This document shows positions 41,905-50,476 of a stretch of DNA of 64,000 nt, piece after piece. The notes below the pieces were generated by a model, which saw nothing but the letters and a program-made list of their open reading frames with translations, did not search any database and was not told the DNA's origin. A program made the position numbers and the translations under genes. The stretch's first letter is position 1; the number at the start of each line of letters is the position of its first letter. This DNA is from Patescibacteria group bacterium UBA3466 (GTDB lineage: Bacteria > Patescibacteriota > Minisyncoccia > Phycocordibacterales > UBA918), in contig DFRJ01000003.1 of the NCBI GenBank assembly GCA_002378195.1, positions 32,879 through 96,878 on the forward strand. The letters run 5' to 3'.

Positions 41905-42282
41905 GCCCTTCTTGTTCTTTGACACTTTAGCGGTGTGATTCTTGGGAGCGACGATTTCAATCTTCGTTACTGGAGAGAACGTCGGTTGTTCCACCTTTGG
42001 TCTCGGCTTGATGTACGTCTTCTTGTTGTTATCAAGCCAGTACTGAATCGCCCGCAGATTGCCGTTGTTGATATGCGAAATCAGCTTGCTTTCAGCAAGG
42101 TCGTTCACAGACTGAGTGCCGCACGATAGTGCTGTATCCATTCTCGCTTTGAAGTCGGGATCCTCGTTACACCATCGATAGACAGTGTTACGAGCAATCC
42201 CAACTCGTTCACAAGCGAGTGATACGTTAGGTACCTTTTCGAGTTGTTCGAGGAACGGTAGTTCCTTTCGCTTTCGTTTCAT
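41893..42282 (-). CDS. HTH-domain protein (phage small-terminase / transposase-HTH-like)
   Basis: VSLACERVGIARNTVYRWC helix-turn-helix. Small basic C-terminal tail. Confidence 0.4.
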   Translation of the reverse strand: MKRKRKELPFLEQLEKVPNVSLACERVGIARNTVYRWCNEDPDFKARMDTALSCGTQSVNDLAESKLISHINNGNLRAIQYWLDNNKKTYIKPRPKVEQPTFSPVTKIEIVAPKNHTAKVSKNKKGSKK

Positions 42283-43549
42283 GGCGGATTACCTTTGCCT
42301 TGATGCCTGTTTCAGCTTCAAAGCGTTTAATGGTGAGGTCGCAGAAGATTGGTTCAATCTCCACCGCGAACACTCGGCGCCCTAGCTTCTCGGCGGCTAT
42401 CAGGTTACTTCCTGAGCCGTTGAAGCTATCGAGGATGATATCGTCGGTGTAGGTACAGCGACGAATCGCTTTCTCGTAGAGCAAAACTGGCTTCATCGTG
42501 CTGTGTTCGTACTCTTTGGATGAGAGACGAGCTTCAGGCCAGATGGTGAAATGGTCGTGTACTTGGTCAATGAGTGCGTTACCAGTGGTCATATCGTTAT
42601 TCATGATTTCGTTCAGCGAGTTCACCCCTTTGACCAATTTCGGCTTACCACGAGTGCCGTAGGTACACGGTTCGTAGCATTTGTTGAATGCTACCCCTGG
42701 GGTAGGGTTCTGTCCGTTCTTCAGCCACAAGCAGACACGCTTGTTGGTGATACCTAGCTCTCGGTAGAGCGTCTGGATGAGCCAGATGTATGTTTCGTCG
42801 CTCCAGTAGAAGACGTGGGCGTCTGGCTTGGTGACTGCGAGCGCTGCTTCCATGCTGGACTTGAGGAACTGCTTGTATTCAGCGTCTGACTTGCTGTCGT
42901 CTACCGTTCCTCCGTACGCCTGTTTGCCCCCGATACCTTTGTTGTAGTCAACGGCGATGTTATAGATCGGGTCAGACATAATCATGTCCGCTCGTTCGTC
43001 GCCAAACAGGCGTTCAAGCGTCTCAACCTTGGTGGAATCACCGCAGATAAGGCGGTGCTTGCCAAGCTCAATGATGTCACCTGGTTGTGTCGTCGCTTTC
43101 TTAATCTTCTTGAGCTCCTTCTCGGGTTCAAAGTCCTCTCCGACTTTTCCGTTCCAGAGATCGTCCACTATCTTCTGGTCGAATCCTAAATCTAGGAGTA
43201 TCTCAGTACTGAAATTCTTCAGTATCGGGAAGTCCCACTCACCGTCGATAGCGTTACTGGCGATAAGGTAGCGTTTGGCTTCCTCCTCGGTCAGCTTGCG
43301 GTTTGGCACACGGACGTCGATCTTCTCTTCACCGTGCCCGGTATCCTTCAGCACCTTAATACGTTGGTGTCCGGCGAGAATCGTGCCGTCGATGTCGATG
43401 GCGGGAATTTCTACCAGACTGAAGTCGCTGAGGCTCTGCTTCAAGCGCTCTGCCTGTTCCTTGCTAATCTTGCGTGGCGTATCTTTGTGGGGAGTGAGGC
43501 TGTTTACCACTCGCTCCTCGGTGTGCCACTGTAATTGTGTTGTTTGCAT
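42227..43549 (-). CDS. ParB-like nuclease domain fused to an N6/N4 DNA methyltransferase
   Basis: N-terminal ParB/Srx-like region. SDPIYN (DPPY-type motif IV) and DSFNGSGSN (motif I). Start chosen at MQTTQ. Confidence 0.75.
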   Translation of the reverse strand: MQTTQLQWHTEERVVNSLTPHKDTPRKISKEQAERLKQSLSDFSLVEIPAIDIDGTILAGHQRIKVLKDTGHGEEKIDVRVPNRKLTEEEAKRYLIASNAIDGEWDFPILKNFSTEILLDLGFDQKIVDDLWNGKVGEDFEPEKELKKIKKATTQPGDIIELGKHRLICGDSTKVETLERLFGDERADMIMSDPIYNIAVDYNKGIGGKQAYGGTVDDSKSDAEYKQFLKSSMEAALAVTKPDAHVFYWSDETYIWLIQTLYRELGITNKRVCLWLKNGQNPTPGVAFNKCYEPCTYGTRGKPKLVKGVNSLNEIMNNDMTTGNALIDQVHDHFTIWPEARLSSKEYEHSTMKPVLLYEKAIRRCTYTDDIILDSFNGSGSNLIAAEKLGRRVFAVEIEPIFCDLTIKRFEAETGIKAKVIRHETKAKGTTVPRTTRKGT

Positions 43550-43584
43550 ACTATTGTATTGCTTATTTACTAAACAAACGAAAA

Positions 43585-43622
43585 GGGCCCCGCACACCGA
43601 AAATATCGGTTGTGCGGGGCCC
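43585..43622. terminator. GC-rich hairpin between the methylase gene and the upstream minus-strand ORF
   Basis: gggccccgcacaccga aaat atcggttgtgcggggccc. Confidence 0.5.
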
Positions 43623-43832
43623 TTATTTAAAAGGTTACCCAGCGTGGATAGTCACTTTTATTCGTTTATACATCTATTATAACAGGGTGGTTTTTCGTGC
43701 AAATATCCTTATTTTAAGCCATATCCGTTTTTCAAAATCGTTTTAAAATGAGTTGAGAATCGCTTATTCACGGCATTTAAATCACCAAAAAGAAAAAGCA
43801 CGCTCGTCCGACGGTGCTTTTTCAGGGTAGTT

Positions 43833-44114
43833 TTAAAGGTTGTTTTGGATCCATGAACCGACATTGTTTGACAAATTCCACCACGCTGCACTATCGTCAG
43901 TTACGTTAATGACAAGGAGCTTATCGTTCCGGTCGATATACGCACCGACGTCATCTCGAAATTGTTCGGCAGAACGAGCGGTTTTGATTAAGTAGACAGA
44001 GCGTACAGGCTTCGCCCAACTTGAATGCGATTCAAGAAAACCGTGTAGACGTGAGTAGTCCTTTCCGGGAGCCATCAAGTCATATGTCACCAGTAGGGTA
44101 TTCATATTACACAT
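43833..44114 (-). CDS. hypothetical small protein, divergent from the repressor-like gene
   Basis: ORF (start MCNMNTLLVTYDL). Loose resemblance to the Cas2/VapD-type beta-alpha pattern only. No firm motif. Confidence 0.3.
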   Translation of the reverse strand: MCNMNTLLVTYDLMAPGKDYSRLHGFLESHSSWAKPVRSVYLIKTARSAEQFRDDVGAYIDRNDKLLVINVTDDSAAWWNLSNNVGSWIQNNL

Positions 44115-44244
44115 TTTCTTATGCTTGTAATGGAGAACTATTGCTGACCCTATGATACTCCCGTTTGCTAGGGTGTCAAGAGTGTAAAATAACTTGACGA
44201 TATAGGTTACTTTTTTCCTCAAAATATGATACAATAAGGGGGTT

Positions 44245-44886
44245 ATGCATCAACTACAAGAACAATTATTACTTTTGGCGAAGGGTCAGGACTTGGGTCC
44301 TTTAAGCCTCCGTCAGATTGCCAAGCTTATCGGTGCAGACGGTAAGCCACAGATTGTTAAACATCACCTGCTACAGCTCGATAAGCAGGGTCTTTTGCAG
44401 GTGAATCTTGATGAGAATGTAATAAAGCCGATTAAGCGTGGCTTCAATATGCCACAGGCAAAGCGACTATTCTTCTCGCTCCCGATTGTTGGTATGGCAA
44501 ACTGTGGTCCGCAGACTGTATTTGCCGATGAACGTGTTGAGGGGTACCTCAAAGTTTCAGCAAAGATGTTGCCTCGACGAAAACAAGATCTCTATATCTT
44601 GGTCGCTGATGGTCCGTCTATGAACAAAGCAGAGGTTCGTGAGGGAGTGACGATCGAAGATGGTGATTACGTGGTGGTAGACAGTAAAGACGTTACGCCG
44701 AAGGATGGTGAGATTGTCGTAGCTGTGATTGATGGTCTAGCGACCATCAAGCGTTTCCGTAAGGACAATAAGAACAATCGTATTGTTCTCGAAGCTGACT
44801 CTACAGAGAACTACCATCCAATCTACATCTCTGAAGATGATGAGTTCCAGATAAGCGGAAAAGTAGTTGATGTGATTAAAAAATAA
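44245..44886 (+). CDS. LexA/CI-like repressor (winged helix plus S24 peptidase domain)
   Basis: N-terminal wHTH. C-terminal S24 Ser-Lys dyad context GPSMNKA ... ATIKRF. Upstream TTGACG/-10 promoter-like sequence. Confidence 0.8.
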   Translation: MHQLQEQLLLLAKGQDLGPLSLRQIAKLIGADGKPQIVKHHLLQLDKQGLLQVNLDENVIKPIKRGFNMPQAKRLFFSLPIVGMANCGPQTVFADERVEGYLKVSAKMLPRRKQDLYILVADGPSMNKAEVREGVTIEDGDYVVVDSKDVTPKDGEIVVAVIDGLATIKRFRKDNKNNRIVLEADSTENYHPIYISEDDEFQISGKVVDVIKK

Positions 44887-44897
44887 GTAATAAAATC

Positions 44898-45269
44898 ATG
44901 AAAAGAGTATTTATCAGTTTTGCAATGGAAGACAAGACGTATCGAGACTTTTTAGTAGGTCAGTCAAAGAACGAGAACTCTCCATTCACGTTTGTTGATA
45001 TGTCTGTAAAAGAACCTTGGAAGTCAGAATGGAAGACAAAATGTCGTACTAAGATTAAAGGTTGTGATGGTGTAATTGGTTTGATTAGTAAAAATACACC
45101 CGCAGCTGACGGAGAAATTTTTGAGCTCAAGTGTGCATACGAAGAAGATGTGCCAGTAATGCTTATGTACATAAATGATGACCGTCCAGTGTTGCCTGCA
45201 TTTCTAAAAAATAAGCGAATTAATGTGTGGAGTTGGGCAAATATAAAAGCATTTATTTCAAAACTCTAA
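44898..45269 (+). CDS. TIR-like domain protein (MTH538/DUF1863, ThsB-like)
   Basis: MKRVFISFAMEDK N-terminus, about 120 aa, and a conserved Trp/acidic pattern typical of the bacterial TIR-like fold. Confidence 0.5.
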   Translation: MKRVFISFAMEDKTYRDFLVGQSKNENSPFTFVDMSVKEPWKSEWKTKCRTKIKGCDGVIGLISKNTPAADGEIFELKCAYEEDVPVMLMYINDDRPVLPAFLKNKRINVWSWANIKAFISKL

Positions 45270-45271
45270 TT

Positions 45272-46216
45272 ATGAAAAAAGCACTTGCAGTAGGAATTGA
45301 TGAATATCCGACAGCACCTCTGAATGGTTGCATAAATGATGCTTCTGCGTTAGCAAATACTCTCGAAAAGAATGGTGATGGGTCTCCGAATTTTGATGTC
45401 CGTCTCTTAACCAATGTCTCTACCAAATCTGAGTTTATGACAGCCATTACAGAGCTGTTTGAGGGAGATTCTGATATTGCGCTACTTTATTTTTCTGGGC
45501 ATGGGCACTTAGATTCAAAGGGTGGTTTTTTGGTGACACCCGATCATCAAAAGAATGACGAAGGGGTGTCAATGAACACAATTCTTGGGCTGGCTAACAA
45601 ATCTAAAGCAAAAGATAAGATAATCATCTTGGACTGCTGTCATTCTGGGCAATTTGGTTCTCCAGATGTCGCTGGTGAACAAACAGTGACACAAATTGCT
45701 GAAGGGGTAGTTGTTTTGACAGCCAGCAAGAATGACGAGGCGTCTGTCGAAGTTAACGGCCACGGAATCTTTACCAGTTTACTTATTGATGCCTTGCAAG
45801 GTGGTGCCGCTGATTTACGTGGAGAAATCACTCCGGGAAGTGTATACGCATATATCGATCAAGCATTAGGACCTTGGGATCAGCGGCCAGTATTTAAAAC
45901 AAATGTCTCTCGCTTTACTTCGTTAAGAAAAATTAACCCCCAAGTTCCTGCGGAAAAACTGAGAATGATTGTTGAATATTTTGAAAAGCCAGAGTCGGAA
46001 CATAAACTAGATCCAAGTTATGAATTCGATAATAAGGATATTGCTGATCCAGATAAGGTAGAGATTATGAAGGATTTACAAAAATTTGTGAGCGTAGGTC
46101 TAGTTGTTCCTGTTGGCGAAGAGCATATGTATTATGCTGCTCAAAATTCTAAATCATGTAGACTGACTGCACTTGGATATCACTACTGGCGTTTGGTTAA
46201 AGAGAAGAAGCTTTGA
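45272..46216 (+). CDS. caspase-like (peptidase C14) protein with extra C-terminal domain
   Basis: His-Cys dyad contexts YFSGHGH and ILDCCHSGQ in the canonical order and spacing. Start codon overlaps the upstream stop. Confidence 0.75.
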   Translation: MKKALAVGIDEYPTAPLNGCINDASALANTLEKNGDGSPNFDVRLLTNVSTKSEFMTAITELFEGDSDIALLYFSGHGHLDSKGGFLVTPDHQKNDEGVSMNTILGLANKSKAKDKIIILDCCHSGQFGSPDVAGEQTVTQIAEGVVVLTASKNDEASVEVNGHGIFTSLLIDALQGGAADLRGEITPGSVYAYIDQALGPWDQRPVFKTNVSRFTSLRKINPQVPAEKLRMIVEYFEKPESEHKLDPSYEFDNKDIADPDKVEIMKDLQKFVSVGLVVPVGEEHMYYAAQNSKSCRLTALGYHYWRLVKEKKL

Positions 46217-46219
46217 TTT

Positions 46220-46681
46220 ATGAAAACAGTCAAGACAATTTCAGGTGAGATACTTTTGTATTTTTATTTATTACAGAGACAAGATGTGGGACAGCTAAAA
46301 GATGCTCGTGTGAGCTTTGGTTTTTGGCAGTCACGTCAAGATAATAATGTGTCAGGCGTGCAACTTGATAGGCGATCAGAATCAATTTTTGGAGTCGATG
46401 ACTTTAAAGAATATACAGACAATGATTTGTACAATGCAATCGTATACCTAAGTGATTCAGGCTTGATTGATTTTAAGGATTCCCCAGATAATACTGGTTC
46501 AAATTTATTTAATTTCAAAGTTTCGGCATACGGTATTGATATAGTGGAAGGTATCGAGAGAGGTGAAGAAGAAAAGAAAGTTTTTAATATGACTTTCAAT
46601 TTCAATATTAACAATGATGTAACTGTCGAAAGTTTACTTAAAGCAGAATTCGGAGCTTTGTTTAAAGCTTCAGTGCTTTAA
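46220..46681 (+). CDS. hypothetical protein (operonic with the caspase-like gene)
   Basis: 3-nt gap to the upstream gene. No motif. Confidence 0.35.
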   Translation: MKTVKTISGEILLYFYLLQRQDVGQLKDARVSFGFWQSRQDNNVSGVQLDRRSESIFGVDDFKEYTDNDLYNAIVYLSDSGLIDFKDSPDNTGSNLFNFKVSAYGIDIVEGIERGEEEKKVFNMTFNFNINNDVTVESLLKAEFGALFKASVL

Positions 46682-46691
46682 ACTCTGTGGT

Positions 46692-47267
46692 ATGTCTGAA
46701 AACAACGCACACCTCGGGGAAACGTATGAGCAAAGACTGAAGCGGTTTAACGAAAACCACCCAATTGAAGTTATTGAGACGGTCATAAACTCAATGGCGA
46801 ATCATTTTGTAAATGAACTAAGAGCTGTTTTTGATAATCCACCGAATCGTCAGACCACATTGATGTTTCTGGGCACTCACTCAATTGCGCTTACTATCTC
46901 ACATGGAATCTTCGGTGAGGATGGACTGAAGGGTTACAGGTTATTTCTTCAGAATTTTATCGATGGTAAAACCCCCGATACTCAATTCTCTGAAATAGCG
47001 GCGGAGATACATGAGTGGCGTAACGTACTTGCACATAGATGGATAAATGTAGCAGGACATAGTATTAGCTATAACTTTGATATGTCCGAAGGATGGGTTC
47101 GTGATGGAGAATTCTTGATATTGAACCCGCAAGTATATTTGAATCAATATCTGAAAGCTTTTGGTGCAGGTGGAAGAATTTATCGCTACGACCAAATCCT
47201 TACTACTGAGGAGGAATATGAAGCAGCAAAACAAAGGTTCATTTCAAAGTACGAAGACAAAGCGTAA
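46692..47267 (+). CDS. hypothetical protein with HEPN-like R-x4-H motif
   Basis: EWRNVLAHRW contains R-N-x-x-A-H, as in Abi-type HEPN domains. Confidence 0.35.
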   Translation: MSENNAHLGETYEQRLKRFNENHPIEVIETVINSMANHFVNELRAVFDNPPNRQTTLMFLGTHSIALTISHGIFGEDGLKGYRLFLQNFIDGKTPDTQFSEIAAEIHEWRNVLAHRWINVAGHSISYNFDMSEGWVRDGEFLILNPQVYLNQYLKAFGAGGRIYRYDQILTTEEEYEAAKQRFISKYEDKA

Positions 47268-47505
47268 AAACTGTCACTTTTGTCACTTTTTGAGCTAAAA
47301 TAGCTATAGAACAGCTGTCCGTTTCTTGAAAAAAGCACTACGAATTTGTAAAACAATTGACCATTAAGAATTGTGGTGGGTGAGGTGTTTTTTAATGATC
47401 TGCTTCCTGATACTTGTAGTGGTCAAATAGGACAAGCCACAGCTAGTACTTTCTATAATATAGCCACGAGTACAAAATCAACCGGCTGGTGTCGTTCATG
47501 CTGTT

Positions 47506-48174
47506 ATGGGTGCAAGGTATTACGCCGGCGATACTGGACGCTTCACTTCGCAGGATCCGGTAGCATTAGCTCTAGGAGATTGGAAAACAGTTCAGGACAA
47601 GACTGGAGACAGGCTAGGCTTTTATCTTCAAAATCCCCAAACACACAACTCCTACAGTTACACAGCAAATAATCCGCTCAAGTATGTAGATAAGAATGGT
47701 GAATATATTGAGTCTGCAATTGATATAGGGTTCATTGCCTACGACCTCTACAAGATTGGAGAGGCTGTGGTAACAGGTGGTGATGTAAAAGCTGAGATTG
47801 GATACCTAGGACTTGATCTGGCTGGTTTAGCTGCACCGGGTGGTACAGGGTTTGGACTGGCGGCACGAATGGCTCTTAAGAATGGAGATAATTTCTATCA
47901 AGCTGGAAAGATTATAGAAAATATCTCCAGCTCAGATTTGAAGTCGCTCAAGTCGCTAGATAAGCAAATTCAAAATCACCAGAAAAAGCTAAATGATTAC
48001 GTCAAAAATCCAGATAAGTTTGACAACGATGGACGACTTAAAGCTGCCGGAAATAACACTGAATTACGAAATCAAATAATTAATGGTAGAGTTGATAAAC
48101 TAAATCGAGAGATTAAAACCTTTGAGGGTAATGCCGAGAAGATTATTAAAAAGTATGACAAAAAAAATGACTAA
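47506..48174 (+). CDS. orphan RHS C-terminal toxin cassette
   Basis: First about 65 aa (MGARYYAGDTGRFTSQDP...NNPLKYVDKNGE) are near-identical to residues of the giant RHS protein at 35480-35690. The tail diverges. Confidence 0.8.
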   Translation: MGARYYAGDTGRFTSQDPVALALGDWKTVQDKTGDRLGFYLQNPQTHNSYSYTANNPLKYVDKNGEYIESAIDIGFIAYDLYKIGEAVVTGGDVKAEIGYLGLDLAGLAAPGGTGFGLAARMALKNGDNFYQAGKIIENISSSDLKSLKSLDKQIQNHQKKLNDYVKNPDKFDNDGRLKAAGNNTELRNQIINGRVDKLNREIKTFEGNAEKIIKKYDKKND

Positions 48175-48478
48175 AACACTCACAATCAAAGGAGATGAAC
48201 TCAAGAAAGTCCTCGACAGACTTGTGATGGATGGTGATACATTTGAACTTGAAGTCGATTCTTTTTGGGAGATTAACGATGATGAAGTATACAACATTGA
48301 AGAATCTCCAAAGAATTTCAGTATTGGTCAAGTGACAGAAGAATGGGAAATGCTGAATAAGAGCTTAGAGGATGAAGACTACTATCCACTCAATACTGAC
48401 CTGAGAAATCTAGGGAGGATTTTGAAGGCGATTGGGGACACTGTCGATCAGTCAAAGACTAACGAGCAAAGAGATTAA
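48167..48478 (+). CDS. putative immunity protein for the orphan toxin
   Basis: ATG overlaps the toxin stop. Small acidic protein. Confidence 0.4.
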   Translation: MTKTLTIKGDELKKVLDRLVMDGDTFELEVDSFWEINDDEVYNIEESPKNFSIGQVTEEWEMLNKSLEDEDYYPLNTDLRNLGRILKAIGDTVDQSKTNEQRD

Positions 48479-48487
48479 TCTCTCGCC

Positions 48488-48573
48488 TCAGCTCTTAATC
48501 ATTGAGTCATATTCTTTTCTACCAATTTGGACCGATCCACCGATCGGTCCTTTTGGTCTTTTGATTCTGTCTG
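48488..48573 (-). pseudogene. 3' fragment of a second serine recombinase gene
   Basis: Minus-strand translation RIKRPKGPIGGSVQIGRKEYDSMIKS* parallels the C-terminus RLKKPKGPIGGSIPVNRKEFDTFSE of the recombinase at 39068-40813. The upstream body is absent. Confidence 0.55.
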
Positions 48574-48597
48574 CGTAGCGAATTAGAAAAAGCGGGA

Positions 48598-48615
48598 CGA
48601 GTCCCTGTCGGGTAG
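48598..48615 (+). repeat. direct copy of tRNA-Gln 3' end (cgagtccctgtcgggtag), right border of island
   Basis: 18/18 nt identical to 28624-28641. Confidence 0.55.
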
Positions 48616-48706
48616 CAAAGTATTGACATAAAGTACATAATATGTTATGATAAAAAAGTTAGTGAATTCTCACTGACGACGATGACGATGATGATAGGGG
48701 AAAAAG

Positions 48707-49063
48707 ATGAATCATATTCTTGTTGTTAAAGATCGTGTTACAAAGAATGTTCACGTCCGTACCGCTCTGACTGAGGGTACTAGGGAGGTAGATTTCTACT
48801 TACCGCTGACAAGCAAGTCTGAGCAATATCTCAAGAATTTGTCAGATATTGGGCAGAAGCTTGTCAGGGGTGTGGCTTCAATCGAAGGCGTTACGAGTGT
48901 TCGGGTCGACCTTTACTCGATTAAGGTCATAGTGGCACCTCTCTTTGATTGGGATACTGAAATTTCGCACCAAGTCATCAGTGTAGTAAAAGACGCGTGT
49001 TACCCTCACCAAGAAGTGAGTATCACCGAGATGACATTTGATGAATTTAAAGCCGCTAGCTAG
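48707..49063 (+). CDS. hypothetical protein
   Basis: 118-aa ORF preceded by an AT-rich region. No motif. Confidence 0.3.
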   Translation: MNHILVVKDRVTKNVHVRTALTEGTREVDFYLPLTSKSEQYLKNLSDIGQKLVRGVASIEGVTSVRVDLYSIKVIVAPLFDWDTEISHQVISVVKDACYPHQEVSITEMTFDEFKAAS

Positions 49064-49139
49064 AGAATAGCCATACTCGTAAATAAAGCCCCGTGAGTTT
49101 AAATAAAGGGGCTTTTCTTTTTATATAGTAAAAAAGTTC

Positions 49140-49285
49140 TAACGTCGTTTCAGACTCGTAGCCTGCTCAAACAGAAAACACCCAATAGGGTGTTTTCTGT
49201 TTGAGCAGGCTACTCGATAAAAAATAATCTGGAGGATTATTCCACGGGGATCGAAAAGCGGTTTGATATTTTAGTTTTACTACTT
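49140..49285 (+). repeat. repeat R1, copy b: perfect 26-bp hairpin plus conserved core
   Basis: gtagcctgctcaaacagaaaacaccc aata gggtgttttctgtttgagcaggctac. Core aataatctggRggattatt...tcgaaaagcggtttga is shared with 28642-28790. Confidence 0.5.
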
Positions 49286-49352
49286 CAGTTAATAAGAAAT
49301 ACCACTTTTCTTAGTGGCATTTCTTACGCTCTATACTGTAGGTATGTTTACT

Positions 49353-50093
49353 TTAGTAAGGGGCGATACCTATCAAAGCAAGACCCAAATCATTTGTTTG
49401 GTTAGATGTTGACCAGCCCAGTGTATGATTTCCTGCTGTTGAAGCTTCCTTATAACCAAATCCGTAAATACCGTAGCTATAAGTACCGTCTTGAATTGAT
49501 GTATGGTCAGTACCTGTGACTGTAGGATTATTTCCTGTGGTAGCTCCTAATACGTCCAAGATCAAGACATTGTCCTGAGTCGTCGTAATAGTCGTATCAA
49601 TACTATTGTCTGAAGCGCTGTCATATCTTGCTAGACTATCTATCGGATTGTCTAAATCAGCTCCTGTAATAGTGATAGCGGTAGCAATCACAGGTCTTCC
49701 AGCTGCGTATGCTGCCGGAAGAATATCAAGAGACACGGTTTGTGTGCCTGTAGGTGCATCTGCAAGGTAATAAATGTACGCTAACCCTTCGCCGGTTGTA
49801 GATGCAAGTGTCATAGTCTCGCCGCCGTATGTGACGCTTTCAACACTGCCCAACGCATCATATCTGTGTGAAACGAGTACAACTGCGAGTAAGTTTTCTC
49901 CAGAACTATCACCTGTATGAGAAAATGAGAAATCGTTTGTATATATGTTGCTGGTTGTTGTATTGTCGATTTCAGGCATTGCTGATGCCGATGCTTGATT
50001 AGGTAGAAGTGCAGATGCTACTAATACTCCCGATAGTAATGAGAAGAAAATACACGCTCTCTTAATGTAAAACTTTAAAAATAAATGACTCAT
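49353..50093 (-). CDS. secreted Thr/Ser-rich protein
   Basis: N-terminal signal peptide. Thr/Gly-rich body. No catalytic motif. Confidence 0.35.
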   Translation of the reverse strand: MSHLFLKFYIKRACIFFSLLSGVLVASALLPNQASASAMPEIDNTTTSNIYTNDFSFSHTGDSSGENLLAVVLVSHRYDALGSVESVTYGGETMTLASTTGEGLAYIYYLADAPTGTQTVSLDILPAAYAAGRPVIATAITITGADLDNPIDSLARYDSASDNSIDTTITTTQDNVLILDVLGATTGNNPTVTGTDHTSIQDGTYSYGIYGFGYKEASTAGNHTLGWSTSNQTNDLGLALIGIAPY

Positions 50094-50340
50094 AAATGAA
50101 AATAAACTTTATTTAATAAACCTCAGGTAATTACATATTTTTTTCTTAACTATTAAACGGTGTGGCTGCTAAGCGGTTAAAATTACGTTTCAACAATTGC
50201 ATATTTATAAAAACAGTTTTGGCCAGAATATTCAATTGTTAATAATGTGTTAATACTAGAAAAATTGGGAAAATTTAACATGTTACTTATGTATCACTAG
50301 ATTTGAGTAAATATGAAGTGTATAAAGAGTGTCTTTACAC

Positions 50341-50381
50341 TGTTACGTAGCATCATGTTACGTAACATGCTACGTAACAAG
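50341..50381. promoter_or_regulatory. palindromic element TGTTACGTAGCAT-CATGTTACGTAACATG-CTACGTAACA
   Basis: Related to the palindrome at 2343-2380. Sits in a divergent intergenic region. Confidence 0.5.
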
Positions 50382-50476
50382 AATAGGTAACCTAGTTTTG
50401 ATAGCTGTTTAGGGGGTTGATTTATTTAATTTAATATTTATAATGCGATCCCACCAACGGCAGACAAGGAAGAGGC

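Larger units (their letters stand above)
28796..48615. mobile_element. integrated element of about 19.8 kb at tRNA-Gln, bounded by direct copies of the tRNA 3' end
   Basis: Copies of the tRNA-Gln 3' end at 28796-28814 and 48598-48615. Cargo includes a large serine recombinase, a ParB-DNA methyltransferase, an HTH/TerS-like protein, a CI/LexA-like S24 protein, an RHS toxin and defense-like genes. Confidence 0.55.
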
